Notes under the pieces: model-generated
What the model saw: the letters and a program-made list of their open reading frames with translations, nothing else
What the model was told of the DNA's origin: nothing
Databases searched by the model: none
Shown: in pieces, positions 23,537 to 26,639 of the stretch
Position numbering within the stretch: the stretch's first letter is position 1
How the letters are laid out: each line of letters begins with the position of its first letter
Program-made: the position numbers and the translations under genes
DNA from: a virus
Taxonomy: Duplodnaviria > Caudoviricetes
Strand: one strand, 5' to 3'
IMG/VR virus record: IMGVR_UViG_3300032295_000123
Coordinates: 1-26,639 of that record
Length of the DNA: 26,639 nt

Positions 23537-23791
23537 TCAGCACTTCCACGCTCTAAGCGATTTGTTGATCCGCGAGTTGGGGTCTTTGGCCGTCTTCTCG
23601 CTGGTCAGTTTTTTCTTCATGCCTTCCATCCGGGCACAGAAAGAGTCGCGGCGTTTGCCGCCCTCGGGCTGTGGAGCCTTCAGGCCGGGTTTGCCGGGGT
23701 TGGCCTTGTTGTAAGACGCCCGCCCCTTGGCATTCAAGCCACCCTTTTCGGACTTGCCCTCTTTGCGCTGCCATGCTGGTGACTTAGCCAT
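23537..23791 (-). CDS. Small basic protein, DUF6321-like (84 aa)
   Basis: GGLNAKGR, RRDSFCARM, SLRAWKC motifs (family name from memory). Confidence 0.7.
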   Translation of the reverse strand: MAKSPAWQRKEGKSEKGGLNAKGRASYNKANPGKPGLKAPQPEGGKRRDSFCARMEGMKKKLTSEKTAKDPNSRINKSLRAWKC

Positions 23792-24299
23792 AATAAATAT
23801 TCACCGCGCTTAAACCGGAAAGATATGCGTACACGCCGTTGTATGCACGAACACCTTCACCGGGGATTGGAAAGCCGTTGAAGAAATAATCTTCAGCCGT
23901 TGCTTGATAGGTCACCAACCACTTACCAACCGCATAAACAGCCGCTGGTGTTCCGGTAATAGTCCCGCTGTTGATGTCAGTCAACGTAAATGTGTCTGCG
24001 CCAGTACGGGTTATGGTGTATGTACCATCAGTTGCTGCACCGCCCGTGCCACCCTGAAAATGGATACCAATGACGTCACCCGTAATCAAACCATGAGCAG
24101 TTTTGGTTACCGTTACAGTAGTACCAGAACGCCCATAAGTCACGCTGGCAGAAACAGGGGTTGATGTGGTGTCAAACAAGGTTACATACCCCGCAACTCC
24201 ACCCCCTGTGTAAGATATAGCTTTGACCCGTGTAGGGTATGGCACCATGAAGCCGCTTTGGTCTAGGTGCGCCGACTTTACGTCATATTGCATCGTCAT
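23784..24299 (-). CDS. Putative head accessory / virion protein with inserted small beta-barrel domain (171 aa)
   Basis: AAGGAG RBS before ATG 24299; TVTVTKTAHGLITGD insert; IPGEGV..YNGVY C-terminus. Confidence 0.7.
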   Translation of the reverse strand: MTMQYDVKSAHLDQSGFMVPYPTRVKAISYTGGGVAGYVTLFDTTSTPVSASVTYGRSGTTVTVTKTAHGLITGDVIGIHFQGGTGGAATDGTYTITRTGADTFTLTDINSGTITGTPAAVYAVGKWLVTYQATAEDYFFNGFPIPGEGVRAYNGVYAYLSGLSAVNIYYG

Positions 24300-24318
24300 A
24301 ATCAATCTCCTTTAAAGC

Positions 24319-24334
24319 AGGGGCCGAAGCCCCT
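24319..24334 (-). terminator. C(UUCG)G hairpin, weak terminator or mRNA stability element
   Basis: Minus strand AGGGGC-TTCG-GCCCCT followed by GCTTT only. Confidence 0.5.
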
Positions 24335-24342
24335 TGGGTTGA

Positions 24343-24864
24343 TTAAGCGATACGAGAGAACACGTAAGCTGTTGCGCTGGCAAACATGATGCGGAAGCAA
24401 CCAATGCCAGTCACACCGTTAGCAACAGTCAACAGGCCAGCACCAGCACCAGAGCCAGCGGCGGCGGCGGCAGACAAAATACCGTTTGTAGCTACAGCAA
24501 TCGTGACTGTGTTTGCACCAGCAGTGTTATCAACGTACAAGTCCAGCGTAGTACCGCGAGTTGCACCAAGGGCAGTGCCAAGGTCTGTGCCAGTAGGCAA
24601 AGTGATGGTTGTGGCTGCGGCTGAAGTGGATGTGATGTAGCCAGTTGCAACTTGTGCCGCAGTGGCTGTGGCGGTTGCGTTGATCGCGGCAGTTGTTGGG
24701 TGGTTTTGATCAGTGAACACCAAATTGGTGGTCGTCAGATTGGTTACGCTGGTGGTTGCACCAAAAGTGGCGTCCACGGTAACAGCACCAGTGGTGTCGT
24801 TGATAGAGATGTCTTGAAAGCCGTTTACTGAACGAACTGGGCCGTTGAAGGTCGTATTAGCCAT
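24343..24864 (-). CDS. Putative capsid decoration / head accessory protein (173 aa)
   Basis: MANTTFNGPVRS N-terminus, Thr/Ala-rich beta content with TITLP motif, first structural gene after the capsid gene. Confidence 0.65.
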   Translation of the reverse strand: MANTTFNGPVRSVNGFQDISINDTTGAVTVDATFGATTSVTNLTTTNLVFTDQNHPTTAAINATATATAAQVATGYITSTSAAATTITLPTGTDLGTALGATRGTTLDLYVDNTAGANTVTIAVATNGILSAAAAAGSGAGAGLLTVANGVTGIGCFRIMFASATAYVFSRIA

Positions 24865-24870
24865 GATGAT

Positions 24871-24947
24871 TCCTCATGCGGTTAAGGCGTATCTGTCTGC
24901 ATGATGTCGGCCCGGAGCCGTCAGATACACCGGAAAAGTCCGGGGGT
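24871..24947 (-). ncRNA. Candidate structured cis-regulatory RNA leader (stem plus two pseudoknots)
   Basis: 10-bp stem 24922-24931 / 24886-24895, inner hairpin 24908-24920, complementary pairs 24911-24916 / 24939-24944 and 24899-24904 / 24874-24879 next to the RBS. Confidence 0.55.
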
Positions 24948-24953
24948 TGTGTG

Positions 24954-24982
24954 TTTGTATCATGGGGCGGAGGGGGTGTCAA
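24954..24982 (-). promoter_or_regulatory. Sigma70-type promoter
   Basis: Minus strand TTGACA (24982-24977), 17 nt, TACAAA (24959-24954) with TGn extension. Confidence 0.75.
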
Positions 24983-25562
24983 CGAGTTTGTTGGACTTTT
25001 TCAAGTTTTCTTCTTGGGTGATCACACGCAGATTCCACGGCACATGCAGCCCACAAACTACCGGGTTGATAAGCGGCACGATGTGATCGACCACGTAGCG
25101 CTCGCCCGTGATCTTTGTAAGTTGTGCGGCTTGTTCATAGAGATGCCGCATAGTCTGCTTTTGCACTTTGGTGACCCAAGGTGGGGTTGCGTTACGGTGA
25201 CGGCGCTTGCGCACATTATTCAGAGTCGTGTAGTACTCAGGAAACTTTTCCTTGTGCCTGCGTTTGTATTCTTGTTTCTCCTCTAAGGGCCGTGCATTTG
25301 CACGAGCAACCACAGCTTCCTTGTTTCGTTTGTAGTATTCCTGTTTAGCGGTTACGCCAGCGTCAGATTTGTTGTACTCACGGAAATACTCCGCACGAGT
25401 TTCATTGCTCTTAGCCCATTCGACTTTCAGGCACTCAACACACGCGCCTTTGGTTTTACGTGGGGCTGTATGCCCGTGCTTGCACGGCTCCCCAGTGAAA
25501 TAGTATTTGGCTCCCGTGGCCTTGGCTTCGGCTCTGGTCTTGGGTAGGTTCGTGGTGTCCAT
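24960..25562 (-). CDS. Free-standing HNH endonuclease (200 aa), probable homing endonuclease
   Basis: AGGAG RBS before ATG 25562; N-terminal CKHGH...CVEC Zn motif, basic helical linker, C-terminal VDHIVPL...GLHVPWNL...EN..KSN HNH motif. Confidence 0.9.
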   Translation of the reverse strand: MDTTNLPKTRAEAKATGAKYYFTGEPCKHGHTAPRKTKGACVECLKVEWAKSNETRAEYFREYNKSDAGVTAKQEYYKRNKEAVVARANARPLEEKQEYKRRHKEKFPEYYTTLNNVRKRRHRNATPPWVTKVQKQTMRHLYEQAAQLTKITGERYVVDHIVPLINPVVCGLHVPWNLRVITQEENLKKSNKLVDTPSAP

Positions 25563-25569
25563 ATTGGCT

Positions 25570-25616
25570 CCTGTGTTACGACACAGGTAATGTACACGAT
25601 CTGGCGTAAAAAACAA
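25570..25616 (-). promoter_or_regulatory. RBS-sequestering hairpin and possible promoter for the HNH gene
   Basis: Minus strand CCTGTGT-CGTA-ACACAGG perfect 7-bp stem (25587-25570) covering part of AGGAG; TTGTTT-16 nt-TACATT just upstream. Confidence 0.5.
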
Positions 25617-25625
25617 GCGCCCAAG

Positions 25626-25646
25626 AAAAAGGGCCCCGAAGGGCCC
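25626..25646 (-). terminator. Rho-independent terminator after the capsid gene
   Basis: Minus strand GGGCCC-TTCG-GGGCCC-TTTTT. Confidence 0.85.
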
Positions 25647-25672
25647 TCTTAGTAGTACTTTTGGTACTAAGT

Positions 25673-26584
25673 TCAGGTCGAACCTGAAGAACCGAACATA
25701 CCCAATGGGTCTGACCAGCCGAACGAATAACGCTCGCGGGCCTTGTAACGGACGTTGCCAGTGTCAAAGTCTCCGTCCATTGAGTTCTGGAGGGGGGTAC
25801 GGACAAAGTGCTTCAGACCGTTAGGCACGTCTGTGGTCAAGAACCAAGCGTTGGTGTCAGTCAAGAAGTGGTTGACTGTGTAGCCTTCAGGGATAGCGCC
25901 CATCTGCTTGATAGCGTTGATGTCGTTATCCGCTGTAGACACACGCAGCTCAGTGTCCAACAGGCGCTTGGCCGTGAACATCAGTGCTGGTGGAACAATC
26001 AGCTTCTTAGGCTTAGCAGCAATCAGCAGACCACGTTCATCCGTCCAAGCGGCGATCTGAATAACGGCGGCTTCCAAGGAAGTCTCGTTCAAATCCGATT
26101 GTGTAGAAGGGGTGTTGCTGTTGACGCCACCAGAGATCAAGGGGTGGTTTGCGTTGAACAAAGACACGCCATCGCCACCGGGGTAGCTGCTGGAGAAGCC
26201 GTTGTTCAGGACCGCAGCGGCCTTGACTTGCTTGGTGTATGCCATGGCACGAGCCAGAGACTTGGTGTAACGAGCAGACAAGCTGTCGTACAAGTTATCT
26301 TCGATCGCTTCTTCAGTGATCGAGAAACCCAAGGCAATGGTTTCGTGGGTGTATCGAGTAGACCATGCTTCCTGAGCGTTGTCATACGCAATGGCAGAAC
26401 CTTCGTTCTTGACCGGTGCGGCTGAGAAGCCAGACAGCTTGGTTTCCTCTTCAAACGAACGCTCAGAAGTCTCAGTTTCGTAGATTTCTTTGTGTTCTTC
26501 GCCGTAGCGAGCGTACTCCATACCGAACAAAGCGTTCAGACCCGGGAGCAACTCTTTCAGCAGTTGTGCGCGTGAAATAGCCAT
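25673..26584 (-). CDS. Major capsid protein (303 aa)
   Basis: MAISRAQLLKELLPGLNALFG N-terminus, KPKKLIVPPAL, AWFL.TD, YKARERYSFGWSD motifs of Mu gpT-like HK97-fold capsids; followed by strong terminator. Confidence 0.9.
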   Translation of the reverse strand: MAISRAQLLKELLPGLNALFGMEYARYGEEHKEIYETETSERSFEEETKLSGFSAAPVKNEGSAIAYDNAQEAWSTRYTHETIALGFSITEEAIEDNLYDSLSARYTKSLARAMAYTKQVKAAAVLNNGFSSSYPGGDGVSLFNANHPLISGGVNSNTPSTQSDLNETSLEAAVIQIAAWTDERGLLIAAKPKKLIVPPALMFTAKRLLDTELRVSTADNDINAIKQMGAIPEGYTVNHFLTDTNAWFLTTDVPNGLKHFVRTPLQNSMDGDFDTGNVRYKARERYSFGWSDPLGMFGSSGST

Positions 26585-26599
26585 GATTTAGCTACTTGA

Positions 26600-26639
26600 T
26601 TAAACGCCAGAAGCGATGGTAGTTGTGTGAATCTCAAAG
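26600..26639 (-). CDS. 3' end of the gene preceding the capsid gene (...FEIHTTTIASGV*)
   Basis: Open frame ending in TAA 15 nt before capsid ATG; only 12 codons visible. Confidence 0.5.
   Translation of the reverse strand, partial: FEIHTTTIASGV

Noticed and set aside
24865-25672. Group I intron carrying the HNH
   Set aside because: The capsid gene ends intact before a terminator and the next gene has its own promoter and RBS; not enough non-coding sequence for an intron core.
1-26639. Stop-codon reassignment or tRNA genes
   Set aside because: Standard code gives near-complete, tightly coupled coding coverage; no cloverleaf fits the few intergenic gaps.

Overview
Late (virion morphogenesis and lysis) region of a tailed dsDNA phage, probably podovirus-like and infecting a Gram-negative host (inferred from the lipoprotein and holin/endolysin cassette; no tape measure or tail tube/sheath gene is seen in this window). 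All credible genes are on the minus strand and tightly packed. In transcription order (right to left): end of a pre-capsid gene, major capsid protein, terminator, a free-standing HNH endonuclease, a sigma70 promoter followed by a structured RNA leader, two probable head accessory proteins, a cluster of small Lys/Met/Gly-rich proteins, two head-tail adaptor-like proteins around a Zn-ribbon gene, tail fibre module (S74 chaperone fibre, Gly-rich adhesin, cupin), an expanded lysis cassette, a nozzle-like tail protein, three probable ejection (internal virion) proteins and the 5' part of a very large protein that runs off the left edge. Most notable: (1) a [MYF]-[AKSQD]-x-G-G peptide repeated 17 times across the small basic proteins and the ejection proteins, with a candidate partner domain resembling the tape-measure C-terminus; (2) a double-pseudoknot RNA leader that starts at a near-consensus promoter and ends on an RBS; (3) RBS-bearing ORFs overprinted inside the giant protein; (4) a T4 holin T-like TM+GAF protein beside a second holin. 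Family assignments are from recalled motifs, not from searches.
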